64,000 nucleotides of DNA from an uncultured delta proteobacterium (GCA_963745035.1 CAVUVW010000013.1:1280001-1344000); one strand, 5' to 3'. Positions 32,159 to 41,765 are shown, numbered from the stretch's first letter. Numbers and translations are program-made. The notes: a model not told the origin generated them from the letters alone.

Positions 32159-33037
32159 ATGCGCTTCATGATCTTGATCAAAGCCACCAAAGATTCCGAA
32201 GCCGGCGTGATGCCGAGCGAAAGGCTGCTCACCGAGATGGGCAATTTCAACGAAGAGCTGGTAAAGGCCGGCGTGATGCTCGCCGGCGAAGGGCTGCACC
32301 CGACATCCAAAGGAGCGCGGGTCAGATTTGCCGGCGGCCAGCGCAACGTCATCGATGGACCTTTCGCCGAGACCAAAGAACTGATCGCCGGCTATTGGGT
32401 GTGGCAGTGTAAGTCGTTGCAAGAAGCCATCGACTGGGTCAAACGCTGTCCGAATCCATACAACGAGGACGGCGAAGTCGAGATTCGCCAAATCTTCGAG
32501 GCGGAAGATTTCGGCGCGGAGTTTACGCCGGAGCTGCGTAAACAAGAGGCGAGCATTCGCGCTCAGTCGCTCGGGCTCACTGAACCGCGCTTCGAGCAGG
32601 GGAAGGAAATGCTCCTTGGCGGTTTGAGCGAGAGCTACACAACCGAAACCCGCGCCAAGATTCCCGCGCAGTGGGAACGGTTCGCGCCGAGCATCGGCAA
32701 AGTACCCGGACAGATCGGCCACGTTTGCTACGGCGTCTGTTGGAACGCATCGCCGGGGCGCGGATTCGACTATCTTTCGGGCGTCGAAGTGGCGAACGCC
32801 ACGGGGCTTCCATCCGAGTTCAAGTCCGTGCGCCTTCCGGCCCGCGAATATGCGGTCTTCACGCATCGTGACCACGTCTCCACCATCAACCGCACCATCG
32901 ACAAAATATGGAACGAATGGGTGCCTCAAGCGGGGCTCAAGGTGGCGAGCGCCCCGTGCTTCGAGCGCTACGGCGAAGAATTTGATCCGCAAACCGGCGT
33001 GGGCGGCATGGAGATCTGGATTCCGCTCGAATCGTGA
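32159..33037 (+). CDS. YciI/DGPF domain fused to a GyrI-like effector-binding domain
   Basis: N-half [15 protein letters not shown]; C-half IPAQWERF ... YAVFTH ... IWNEWVP ... FERYGEEFDP ... EIWIP. Confidence 0.82.
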   Translation: MRFMILIKATKDSEAGVMPSERLLTEMGNFNEELVKAGVMLAGEGLHPTSKGARVRFAGGQRNVIDGPFAETKELIAGYWVWQCKSLQEAIDWVKRCPNPYNEDGEVEIRQIFEAEDFGAEFTPELRKQEASIRAQSLGLTEPRFEQGKEMLLGGLSESYTTETRAKIPAQWERFAPSIGKVPGQIGHVCYGVCWNASPGRGFDYLSGVEVANATGLPSEFKSVRLPAREYAVFTHRDHVSTINRTIDKIWNEWVPQAGLKVASAPCFERYGEEFDPQTGVGGMEIWIPLES

Positions 33038-33082
33038 GCCGGCGATTCTAATAAAGCCACTTCTGCCGAGAGGAGAATCACC

Positions 33083-33484
33083 ATGCAATACATGCTGATG
33101 TGCTGCTTTGACGAAAGCGCCTGGAATAACCTGCCGGAAGTCCGGCGGGAGGAGATCATGCGGGATTATGGCACGTGGATACAGCAACTCGTCGATACCG
33201 GCCGTTTCCGCGGTGGGGCAAAGCTTGAGCTAACACGGTCGGCGAAGACGCTGCGCATGAAAGACGGCAAAGCAATGTTCACCGACGGGCCGTTCGCCGA
33301 GACCAAAGAACAATTCGGCGGCTATCATCTAGTCGAGTGCCAGGATCTCGAAGAAGCGCTGGCGATTGCCGCGCGCATTCCGACCTTGCCGGCAGGAGGC
33401 GCAGTCGAAGTGCGTTGTGTCACTCATTCCGACACCGAGTTATCTGCCTACAATTTTTTGCCCGAGGATGTCGATTCCCGGTGA
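33083..33484 (+). CDS. YciI/DGPF family protein
   Basis: [25 protein letters not shown]. Confidence 0.9.
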   Translation: MQYMLMCCFDESAWNNLPEVRREEIMRDYGTWIQQLVDTGRFRGGAKLELTRSAKTLRMKDGKAMFTDGPFAETKEQFGGYHLVECQDLEEALAIAARIPTLPAGGAVEVRCVTHSDTELSAYNFLPEDVDSR

Positions 33485-33496
33485 GTGAAACGACTA
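33469..33496 (+). promoter_or_regulatory. ECF42-type promoter, copy 4
   Basis: TGTCGA-N16-CGACTA overlapping the last codons of the fourth yciI-like gene. Confidence 0.8.
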
Positions 33497-33542
33497 ATTC
33501 GCAAGAACGAGCAACTTTAACCGACAAAAAGGAGATGCCACG

Positions 33543-33959
33543 ATGCCTGTAGAAGCATATTTAATGTTCAACGGCCGCTGCGAGGAGGCGATCGATTTTT
33601 ACAAGAAGTCCCTGGGCGCGGAGGTGCTCATGCTGATGCGTTTCAAGGACAGCCCGGAACCGCCGCCGCCCGGCATGGTGCCGGCGAATTGGGACGACAA
33701 AGTGATGCACAGCTGCTTGCGCATCGGCGACGGCAATGTGATGGCCTCCGACGGTTTCAGCGAGGCGGGAAGTTTTCAGGGATTTTCATTATCGCTGCCG
33801 GCCGCCGACGAAGCAGACGCGCGCAAGAAGTTCGCCGCCCTGGCCGAAGGAGGCCAGGTGCAAATGCCGCTCGACAAAACCTTCTGGTCGCCCTGCTTCG
33901 GCATGGTCACCGATCGCTTCGGCGTCGGCTGGATGGTCGGCGTCGAGGAATCCAACTAG
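33543..33959 (+). CDS. VOC family protein (PhnB/YjdN-like)
   Basis: YLMFNGRCEEAIDFY, VMHSCL, FWSPCFGMVTDRFGVGWMV. Confidence 0.9.
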   Translation: MPVEAYLMFNGRCEEAIDFYKKSLGAEVLMLMRFKDSPEPPPPGMVPANWDDKVMHSCLRIGDGNVMASDGFSEAGSFQGFSLSLPAADEADARKKFAALAEGGQVQMPLDKTFWSPCFGMVTDRFGVGWMVGVEESN

Positions 33960-33970
33960 GAGGACGACAC

Positions 33971-34444
33971 ATGCAAAAGATCACGCCGTTCTTGTGGTAC
34001 GACAACAACGCGGAAGAAGCAGTAAACCAGTACATTTCGATTTTTAGAAACTCGAAGATTACCAACATCGCGCGCTACGGCGAAGCCGGGCCTGGGCCGA
34101 AGGGATCGGTGATGACCATCGAGTTCCAGCTCGAGGGCAAGGACTTCATCGCTTTGAACGGCGGGCCGATGTTCAAATTCACCGAAGCCATATCGTTGTC
34201 TGTCGACTGCAAGACGCAACAGGAAGTCGATGAGCTCTGGGAGAAACTATCCGCCGGCGGCCAACCGGGACAGTGCGGCTGGCTCAAAGACAAGTACGGC
34301 TTGTCATGGCAAATCGTTCCGTCGATTTTGATCGAGATGCTGCAAGACAAAGACGCCGAAAAGTCGAAGAGAGTCATGCAGGCGATGCTACAAATGAGCA
34401 AGATCGACATCGCAGCTCTTAAGCGAGCCTACGAGCAACGGTAG
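33971..34444 (+). CDS. VOC family protein (3-demethylubiquinone-9 3-methyltransferase-like domain)
   Basis: MQKITPFLWY, ALNGGP, CGWLKDKYGLSWQIVP. Confidence 0.9.
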   Translation: MQKITPFLWYDNNAEEAVNQYISIFRNSKITNIARYGEAGPGPKGSVMTIEFQLEGKDFIALNGGPMFKFTEAISLSVDCKTQQEVDELWEKLSAGGQPGQCGWLKDKYGLSWQIVPSILIEMLQDKDAEKSKRVMQAMLQMSKIDIAALKRAYEQR

Positions 34445-34482
34445 AATAAGGGTTACGCAAAAGATTCAGAAAGGAGATCGAG

Positions 34483-35667
34483 ATGAGCGGAGTTCGAGTA
34501 TTGGTCGGCACACGCAAGGGAGCATTTATCCTCACGTCGGATGGCAAGCGTGAAAAATGGCAGGTCAGCGAACCGCAGTTCGCGGGATGGGAGCTCTACC
34601 ATCTCAAGGGATCACCGGCCGATCCAAATCGCATCTATGCCTCGCAGACCAGCGGCTGGTTCGGCCAGATCATTCAGCGCTCGGACGACGGCGGCAAAAC
34701 CTGGCACCAACCGGGGACGCCTCCGGGAGAACCGACCACGACGCCGGACGGTATGCCCAAGGGCGAAAGCAACAAGTTTGTCTACGACGATTCTGCGGAG
34801 TCAGGCAAGCCGCTCACCACGCATCAGTGGTACGACGGTTCGCTGAAACCGTGGGAGTTCAAACGGGTGTGGCACCTCGAACCTTCACAGACCGATCCCG
34901 ATCTGGTTTATGCGGGCGTCGAAGATGCCGCCCTGTTCCGGTCCACCGACGGCGGGAAGAATTGGAAGGAGCTCGCCGGATTGCGCGGCCACGGCACCGG
35001 GCCCGACTGGCAGCCCGGCGCCGGGGGAATGTGCCTGCATACGATTATTGTCGACCCGAAAAATTCTAAGCGGATATTCACCGCGATCTCTGCGGCGGGC
35101 GCCTTTCGCACCGACGATGGGGGCGAAACCTGGCGGCCGATCAACCGCGGCCTGCATTCGCTTTACATTCCCAATCCGACCGCAGAGGTCGGCCACTGCG
35201 TGCACCGCATCGCCATGCATCCCTCACGGCCCAACGTGCTGTTCATGCAGAAGCATTGGGACGTCTTGCGCAGCGACGACGCCGGCGACTCATGGCGCGA
35301 GATCAGCGGCAATCTGCCGACCGACTTTGGCTTCGTCATCGACGTGCACGCCCATGAGCCGGAAACCATCTACGTCGTGCCGATCAAGAGCGACTCCGAG
35401 CATTTTCCGCCCGACGGCAAGCTGCGCGTCTATCGCAGCCGCGGCGGCGACGACTGGGAGCCGCTGACCAAGGGCCTGCCGCAAAGCGACTGTTACGTCA
35501 ACGTGCTGCGCGACGCGATGGCTGTCGATTCGTTGGACAAATGCGGCGTGTATTTCGGTACCACCGGCGGGCAGGTGTACGCATCCGCCGATGCCGGCGA
35601 CAGTTGGGCGCCGATTGTCCGGGACCTTCCGGCGGTGGTATCCGTGGAAGTGCAGACGCTGCCATGA
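34483..35667 (+). CDS. BNR/Asp-box repeat beta-propeller protein without signal peptide
   Basis: Repeats [45 protein letters not shown]. Confidence 0.9.
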   Translation: MSGVRVLVGTRKGAFILTSDGKREKWQVSEPQFAGWELYHLKGSPADPNRIYASQTSGWFGQIIQRSDDGGKTWHQPGTPPGEPTTTPDGMPKGESNKFVYDDSAESGKPLTTHQWYDGSLKPWEFKRVWHLEPSQTDPDLVYAGVEDAALFRSTDGGKNWKELAGLRGHGTGPDWQPGAGGMCLHTIIVDPKNSKRIFTAISAAGAFRTDDGGETWRPINRGLHSLYIPNPTAEVGHCVHRIAMHPSRPNVLFMQKHWDVLRSDDAGDSWREISGNLPTDFGFVIDVHAHEPETIYVVPIKSDSEHFPPDGKLRVYRSRGGDDWEPLTKGLPQSDCYVNVLRDAMAVDSLDKCGVYFGTTGGQVYASADAGDSWAPIVRDLPAVVSVEVQTLP

Positions 35668-35960
35668 TTCGCGTGACTCTTCCACCGCACTTGCGCAAAC
35701 TGGCGCAAGTAGAGGGCGAGCTCAGGCTCGAAGTCCAGGGCGCGGTCACCCAGCGCTCGGTTCTCGATGCCCTCGAGCTTCGCTATCCGATGCTGCGCGG
35801 CACGATTCGCGATCACGTCACTCACAAGCGACGTGCCTTCGTGCGCTACTTTGCATGCGCCCAGGATCTGTCCCATGAAGCGCCGGACACGCCCCTGCCT
35901 GAGGCGGTGGCGACGGGAGCCGAACCGTTCATGATCATCGGCGCCATCGCCGGCGGATGA
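35664..35960 (+). CDS. MoaD/ThiS family ubiquitin-like protein (98 aa)
   Basis: [11 protein letters not shown] ... [10 protein letters not shown] ... IIGAIAGG-stop; ATGA overlap with the beta-propeller gene. Confidence 0.88.
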   Translation: MIRVTLPPHLRKLAQVEGELRLEVQGAVTQRSVLDALELRYPMLRGTIRDHVTHKRRAFVRYFACAQDLSHEAPDTPLPEAVATGAEPFMIIGAIAGG

Positions 35961-36000
35961 TTTCGACTGATTAAAAATTCAACTCAGCAACGGAGGAAAC

Positions 36001-36363
36001 ATGCGTTATGTAGATGGATTTGTTTTGCCTGTCCCGAAAAAGAAACTGGCGGATTACCGCCGGATGGCCCAAACCGCCGGGAAAGTCTGGCGCGACCACG
36101 GGGCGCTCGAATACGTCGAGTGCGTCGCCGACGACGTGAAGCCGGGCAAACGCACTTCGTTTCCCCAGAGCGTCAAGCTCAAACCCGGCGAGACCGTCAT
36201 CTTCGCCTACATCGTTTACAAGTCGCGTGCCCAGCGCGATCGGATCAACGCCAAAGTGATGAAAGATCCGCGCCTGGCCAAGATGATGGATCCGAAGGCC
36301 ATGCCTTTCGACGCCAAACGCATGTTTTGGGGCGGATTCAAGTCATTGATCGAGCTCTGCTGA
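36001..36363 (+). CDS. DUF1428 (YbaA-like) family protein
   Basis: MRYVDGFVLPVP, HGALEYVECVADD, MPFDAKRMFWGGF. Confidence 0.88.
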   Translation: MRYVDGFVLPVPKKKLADYRRMAQTAGKVWRDHGALEYVECVADDVKPGKRTSFPQSVKLKPGETVIFAYIVYKSRAQRDRINAKVMKDPRLAKMMDPKAMPFDAKRMFWGGFKSLIELC

Positions 36364-36433
36364 CATCAACAGAGTAATTTCCGACAACCCAAAAAACGAT
36401 GATGGCGCGCCGCGCCAAAGCAAGGAGACCCCA

Positions 36434-36841
36434 ATGGCGACCAAAATTTTCGTCAATTTGCCTGTGAAGAACCTCAACAAATCGATCGAGTTTTTTAGCC
36501 AACTTGGCTTTCGTTTCAATCAGCAGTTCACCGATGAGACCGCCACCTGCATGATCGTGACCGACGACATCTTCGCGATGCTCCTCACGGAGGAAAAATT
36601 CAAGACTTTCACTCCGAAGGAAATCTGCGACGCCAAGAAATACAGCGAAGTGCTTGTGGCCTTATCGTACGACAGCCGTTCCGACGTCGATGATATGGTT
36701 CGCAAGGCCATCGCCGCGGGCGGCAGCACTTACAACGAACCGCAGGATCACGGCTTCATGTACGCCCACGGGTTTCAGGATTTGGACGGCCACATCTGGG
36801 AAATCTTTTACATGGACCCGAGTTTTGTAAAGCCTTATTGA
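36434..36841 (+). CDS. VOC/glyoxalase family protein
   Basis: IFVNLPVKNL, QDHGFMY, FQDLDGHIWE. Confidence 0.9.
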   Translation: MATKIFVNLPVKNLNKSIEFFSQLGFRFNQQFTDETATCMIVTDDIFAMLLTEEKFKTFTPKEICDAKKYSEVLVALSYDSRSDVDDMVRKAIAAGGSTYNEPQDHGFMYAHGFQDLDGHIWEIFYMDPSFVKPY

Positions 36842-36952
36842 CGGGAGTATGTTTCGCCAGGCTCGACCACAGAAAGTCTGCCTAATTATGCTCAGGCTTT
36901 GGCGAAGTAATGCAGGCAGTCTCTTGGAAAGCTCTCGGAGGAAGGAGCCCAC

Positions 36953-37300
36953 GTGAAATACAAAGGAAGCTGTCACTGCGGCAAGATCGGCTTTGAAGTG
37001 GAGGGCGACCTCAAAGGCGCCATGGCTTGCAATTGTTCCATGTGTTCGCGCAAAGGCTCGCTGCTATTTTTCGTGCCGCGCGATGAGCTGCGTTTGCTCA
37101 CGTCCGAAGCCGATATCGGCACCTACACTTTCAACAAGCACGTCATCAAACATCGGTTTTGCCGGAACTGCGGAATTCATCCGTACGGCGAAGGCGTTGA
37201 CCCGAAGGGCAATCAGATCGCCGCGATCAATATTCGCTGCCTCGAAGGGATCGATCTGGAAAGTGTGCCGGTGCAGCACTTCGACGGCAAATCGCTGTAG
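36953..37300 (+). CDS. GFA/CENP-V family Zn-binding protein
   Basis: GSCHCG, CNCSMC, FCRNCG. Confidence 0.9.
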   Translation: MKYKGSCHCGKIGFEVEGDLKGAMACNCSMCSRKGSLLFFVPRDELRLLTSEADIGTYTFNKHVIKHRFCRNCGIHPYGEGVDPKGNQIAAINIRCLEGIDLESVPVQHFDGKSL

Positions 37301-37339
37301 CTTCTATTTTCTCCCACGGTTCAACTTGGTAATGACTTC

Positions 37340-37744
37340 ATGGATGTGCTGATCAATCTTGACGGACGATCTGGAGAAGGCTGTTCGGTTCTACGCGGAC
37401 GCCTTCGGTCTGAGACCTGCTCGCCGCTCGGGCGCCTTCGTAGAGAGGTTGGGAAATTCGGTTCCCATCTGTCCGCTCGCGAAGGCCGCCGCCCACGCCC
37501 GCGGCAGACACAACTTCGCAGCCCCGAAACTACGAGCGCCATCGGACGCCGGTTCATCTGGACTTTGTCGTTTAGGAAATCGCCCCGGCGGTAGAAAAAA
37601 GCGATCGCTGCCGGAGCGCGGCTGGAAAAGCCCATTACCACTCACGTCTGGGGCAAGCTCGCGGTACTCTCCGGTCCGTTCGGCCATGGTTTTTGCTTCG
37701 TCCAATTTCTCGGCCGCGGCTACGACGAAATCAGCGTGCAGTGA
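37340..37744 (+). pseudogene. VOC family gene with several frameshifts (pseudogene or read errors)
   Basis: Fragments DDLEKAVRFYADAFGL, RHWTPVHLDFVV and WGKLAVLSGPFGHGFCFVQFLGRGYDE; the reading frame is broken between them. Confidence 0.65.
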
Positions 37745-37782
37745 TCGTAGATTCGCCGATAGCGTAATTCGAGGAGGTATTG

Positions 37783-38322
37783 ATGCTGCTCAAAATTCTC
37801 GCCGTGGTTGCCTTGGTCATCGTCATCCTTGTGATCGTCATTGCTTTGCAGCCTGGCGAGTTCCGCATTGCGCGCAGCACGAAAATTTCAGCTCCGCCGC
37901 CGGTCGTATTCGTGCAGGTGAATGATTTTCGTAAGTGGCAGGCGTGGAATCCATGGGGAAAGATCGATCCGGCGATGAAGGTAAGTTATGCAGGCGCGCC
38001 GGCCGGCGTCGGCGCCGCTTACAGCTGGTCGGGCAACAATGAGGTCGGCGAAGGGCGCATGACGATCATCGAGAGCCGGCCGTACGAACTGATTCGAGTC
38101 AAACTGGAATTTCTCAAGCCCTTCGCAGCCACCAACACGGCTGAGTTCACCTTCAAGCCCGAGGCCAATGAAACCATGACCACGTGGAGCATGTTCGGCG
38201 AGAAGAACTTCATGGCCAAGGCGATTCATCTTTTTATCAGCATGGAAAAGATGATCGGCGGGCAGTTCGAAAAGGGGCTGGCCGATATGAAAGTGGCGGC
38301 GGAAACGGCGGCAAAGCAGTGA
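37783..38322 (+). CDS. SRPBCC (polyketide cyclase-like) family protein with N-terminal membrane anchor
   Basis: VNDFRKWQAWNPW, GVGAAYSWSGN, IGGQFEKGLADMK. Confidence 0.85.
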   Translation: MLLKILAVVALVIVILVIVIALQPGEFRIARSTKISAPPPVVFVQVNDFRKWQAWNPWGKIDPAMKVSYAGAPAGVGAAYSWSGNNEVGEGRMTIIESRPYELIRVKLEFLKPFAATNTAEFTFKPEANETMTTWSMFGEKNFMAKAIHLFISMEKMIGGQFEKGLADMKVAAETAAKQ

Positions 38323-38424
38323 GCAGGTGTCGCTTGCCGAGCGGTACCCGTTGCATGGAGCCGGACGCGGAACTATCTTTCTAGCAGATCGATGAGGCGG
38401 CGCGAGGCTGCGGAGGTTGTCGAT

Positions 38425-38796
38425 ATGAATATCGCTTTGTGGATCGCTCAGATATTGCTGGCGCTGATTTTTATTTTCGCCGGCGTCATCAAATTTGTGA
38501 CGCCGATGGATGAAATGTTGAAGCAGATGCCGATCGCGCTGCCGCCGGCTTTCCTGATTTTCACGGGAATTGTCGAAGTGCTGGGCGGCCTCGGTGTGAT
38601 TCTCCCCTGGCTGCTCAACATCCGCCCGGGCCTCACGCCGCTCGCCGCCGTTGGACTGGTGATTGTCATGATCGGCGCGGTCGTCTACACGATCGCTGCC
38701 GGCGATCCGGCTCCCGCTCTGATACCTGCCGCCGTTGGATTGCTAGCCGCTTTCGTCGCCTGGGGCCGATGGCGCTCGAAACCAGCCGGGAAATGA
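38425..38796 (+). CDS. DoxX-like membrane protein
   Basis: MNIALWIAQILLA, EVLGGLGVILP, LTPLAAVGL; four hydrophobic helices. Confidence 0.85.
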   Translation: MNIALWIAQILLALIFIFAGVIKFVTPMDEMLKQMPIALPPAFLIFTGIVEVLGGLGVILPWLLNIRPGLTPLAAVGLVIVMIGAVVYTIAAGDPAPALIPAAVGLLAAFVAWGRWRSKPAGK

Positions 38797-38830
38797 ATCG
38801 CAACTCCTAATAACTAAGAAAGAGACTTTT

Positions 38831-39319
38831 ATGGCAACAAAATCCGATTTCACAACCGAAGAGTGGAAGACAATCGTCGCGGCGCCGCCGATGATCGGGC
38901 TCGCCGTAGCTTGCGCAAGCCTCAACGGGCCATGGGGCGTCATGAAGGAAATGCTCTCGATGGGCATGGCGATGGCCGAGATGCTGCAGAAAGGCGCGTC
39001 GAACCCGCTGATCGCCGACTTAGCCGCCGATCTCAAAAACCGGCAAACCAAGCCTGAGAGTCCGCCGAATTTGCAGGATCCTGAAATCTGCACGGACATC
39101 GCTCTTAAACATATCAGAGCGGTCAACGAGCTGCTCGACCGTAAAGCCAAAGGTAACGATGCGGATGATTTTAAGAAGTGGCTGCTTGAGGTTGGAAAAC
39201 GGGTCGCCGAATCAGCCAACGAAGGCGGCATATTCGGTTTCGGCGGTGAGCGCGTCTCCGAATCAGAGAAAAATGCATTGCGACAAATCGCCTTCGCCTT
39301 GGGTCAGCCGGTGAGCTGA
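38831..39319 (+). CDS. Hypothetical protein
   Basis: 162 aa ORF with plausible composition, same strand as the cluster; VAESANEGGIFGFGGERVS motif. Confidence 0.7.
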   Translation: MATKSDFTTEEWKTIVAAPPMIGLAVACASLNGPWGVMKEMLSMGMAMAEMLQKGASNPLIADLAADLKNRQTKPESPPNLQDPEICTDIALKHIRAVNELLDRKAKGNDADDFKKWLLEVGKRVAESANEGGIFGFGGERVSESEKNALRQIAFALGQPVS

Positions 39320-39378
39320 ATTTAGCGTCGGATTTTATCGGCTGCAGTCACCATCGATTGGCGTTACCCGCCAAGAAA

Positions 39379-40404
39379 TCATCTGCCGCCGACTTCTCCC
39401 GGAAATAATTTAGCAGCGTACTCCCGATTCACCGCTTCGATGAGCGAGTTGTCGTAGAATCTCTTCGGATCGGCGCTCTTGGCTTTCGGGTCGGCAGATT
39501 CGTCGAGCACCACACGAATCGCGGCCGGATTGACCAACATGTCTCTGTTCCAAACTCGCATCCCCTGCTGGTAATTTTCCGTGAGCACGTTGGCCTCCCG
39601 GATCTTGGTGTACTTCATCTCGGTCTTCCTGGCGAACTCCTCATCTTCCAGAGTCCTTTTCAAGCCGTCTAGATAAGCCATCAAATACGTTTTGATCGTG
39701 TTCGGGTGCTTCTGCGCGAACTCCCGCATAACGGCTGTACCCGGCCCGGTGATTCTCAAGCCTTCCTTGTAGAAATCGATGATCACCGGATAGTTTCGTT
39801 GCTTCGCGATCTCGGTCTGGGGCGGTGTAATGACGAGCCCATCGGAATGCCCCGCAAGAAAGGTTTGCAACGCTTCAGGCGGACTCCTGTGAAACAGCAA
39901 CTTCAAATCCTTGCCGACCTCCATCCGCTGTTTTCTGGCCGTCATGCGCATCGCGATTTCGCCGAACGCGCCGGGAAACGTCGTCGCAACGGTTTTGCCG
40001 CGCAGGCTCTCGAAGGTGGTGAAATCTTTTTGCCCGAACAACATCAGCGAACTGCGATCCACCGGCGCGGCGACGTAGATAAGGTCCGCGCCCTGCAGAT
40101 TGGCGGCGATGGCCGCAGTGCCTCCCTGGTAAATGTCGATGGTTCCCGAGATCACACCCTGCACCGCGACAGTCGCGCCGACGACGGCCACCGAAACGTT
40201 GAGACCACGCTTCGTGAAGTAACCTCCGTCCAAAGCGACGAGTAACGGCAAACTGGTCGTCCCGGAGCCCGCGATGGCCACATCGAGCCGCGTCTTCTCC
40301 GGCTTACCGACGGTGCTTTGCGCGCCCGCGTACGGTGACAATGCTAGCAACAATCCAAGAATCGAAAGCAGGCGCCGCCACATTGCGGTCAGGTGATTGC
40401 ACAT
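39379..40404 (-). CDS. ABC-type substrate-binding protein, NMT1/SsuA-like
   Basis: GGGAGG RBS, signal peptide, GYFTKRGLNV, SLRGKTVA. Confidence 0.85.
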   Translation of the reverse strand: MCNHLTAMWRRLLSILGLLLALSPYAGAQSTVGKPEKTRLDVAIAGSGTTSLPLLVALDGGYFTKRGLNVSVAVVGATVAVQGVISGTIDIYQGGTAAIAANLQGADLIYVAAPVDRSSLMLFGQKDFTTFESLRGKTVATTFPGAFGEIAMRMTARKQRMEVGKDLKLLFHRSPPEALQTFLAGHSDGLVITPPQTEIAKQRNYPVIIDFYKEGLRITGPGTAVMREFAQKHPNTIKTYLMAYLDGLKRTLEDEEFARKTEMKYTKIREANVLTENYQQGMRVWNRDMLVNPAAIRVVLDESADPKAKSADPKRFYDNSLIEAVNREYAAKLFPGEVGGR

Positions 40405-40576
40405 CGTCGTGACCTCCCAAGACAAACTAAGTGGATGTGTCTGGAGAACGTAAACGATGCGCAGCGACGCTGTCAACTTGAAGGAGCGAACACCGAGCTG
40501 TGCAATGAACCCGGATTCCCCTGCGCTCCGACTAATCTGCTTTGGGGACCGAAGAATTGGGAGAAAAACCTTGAGT

Positions 40577-41765
40577 TCAAGCGAGCATCTGCAGCGCCGT
40601 GGCGGCGTAGATCTTCGCCGCGTCGCGCACTTCCTGCAAAGCGACGACTTCTTGATCGGTGTGCGCGAAGCGCAGGTCGCCGGGACCGAGCATGATGGTC
40701 TCGATGCCTTGCTGATTGAGAAAGCCGGCATCCAGCGCCGCGGGAGAATAGAACAACTCCGCTTCCCTCTTGGTCAACTCGCGGCTCGCGCTCGCGGCTG
40801 CCGCTGCGACCGCGCAATCTTTCTCTACCTCCGAGGGGAACATGAAAGCGCCGCGCCTAACTTCGATCGACCAGCCGGCGACTTCGTTGAGTGTGTTTTG
40901 AATAGCCAAAAACGCCGCATCCGGATCCTCGCCCGGCAAGAGTCTGCGATCGAGGGTCACTCGGCAGACGTCGGGGATTGTGTGACTGATCTCCGGCTCG
41001 CTTCTCAGCTGCGTCACTGCCAAGGTGGCAGCACCCAGCGAAGCGTGCGTCCCCAACGGGAGGCGGTCCAATCGTTCCATCACCCGCCGAAATCCATCCA
41101 CTGCGTTGACGCCCCTTTCCGGCATGCTGCTATGCGCCGATTTTCCGCGCACGATGATTTCGATGTCGATCCGGCCCTTGTTGCCGAGACAGATGCGATT
41201 GCCCGTGCCCAGACCGACGATGGCGGCATGCGCGTCAATGCCGTCGTTTTCCAGGATAACTTTCGCGGCATCGTGCCGGCCGGTCTCGCCGGCCAAACTG
41301 ACCGCCAGCATCAGCGGCGCAGCGCAACTCAATCTGCGCCCGCCTGACCATTGCAGCCGCGTAAAGCATCGCGGCGAGCGCGCCCTTCTGCTCGCATGCG
41401 CCGCGGCCCACGACGCATCGCGAAGCTATGCCGAACGGCGCGCCGTCGACGATGGCGCCGGAGAACGGTTCTGCCATTGAAGCGGCGGGAAACGTCATGG
41501 CATAGCCCATCAGCAAAAGCCCGCCGCTGGCGGAGTCGCCAGAGCGCCAGACCAGATTGCCCATGGCGTCGAGCGTGCCGGCGCTGCCGGTTAACTCCGT
41601 TATCCGCGGCGCGATGGCGTCAGCAATAAATTTCTTGAGCGCAGGATCCGCTTCGAGGCGCTCGGTCTGAGGCGACGGATAACGCAGCAGATCGACGAGC
41701 AGCCGATCGATTTCATCGTTACGCGCGCACCGTTCGACGATCGCGAGAGCTTCTGCGGGATTCAT
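40577..41765 (-). CDS. M20 family metallo-hydrolase (ArgE/DapE-like; frameshifted)
   Basis: GRGACEQKG, GKSAHSSMPERGVNA, GPGDLRFAHTDQE; several usual metal ligands look altered (GYAMT, GET, GLGT). Confidence 0.8.

Noticed and set aside
29757-33496. Repeated motif read as a CRISPR array or attC cassette sites
   Set aside because: Copies are hundreds of bases apart, only two short boxes are conserved, they are not palindromic, and no cas or integrase gene is present; promoter geometry fits better
34483-35667. Sialidase annotation for the BNR proteins
   Set aside because: Asp-box repeats alone do not imply sialidase activity; no RIP motif or signal peptide was seen
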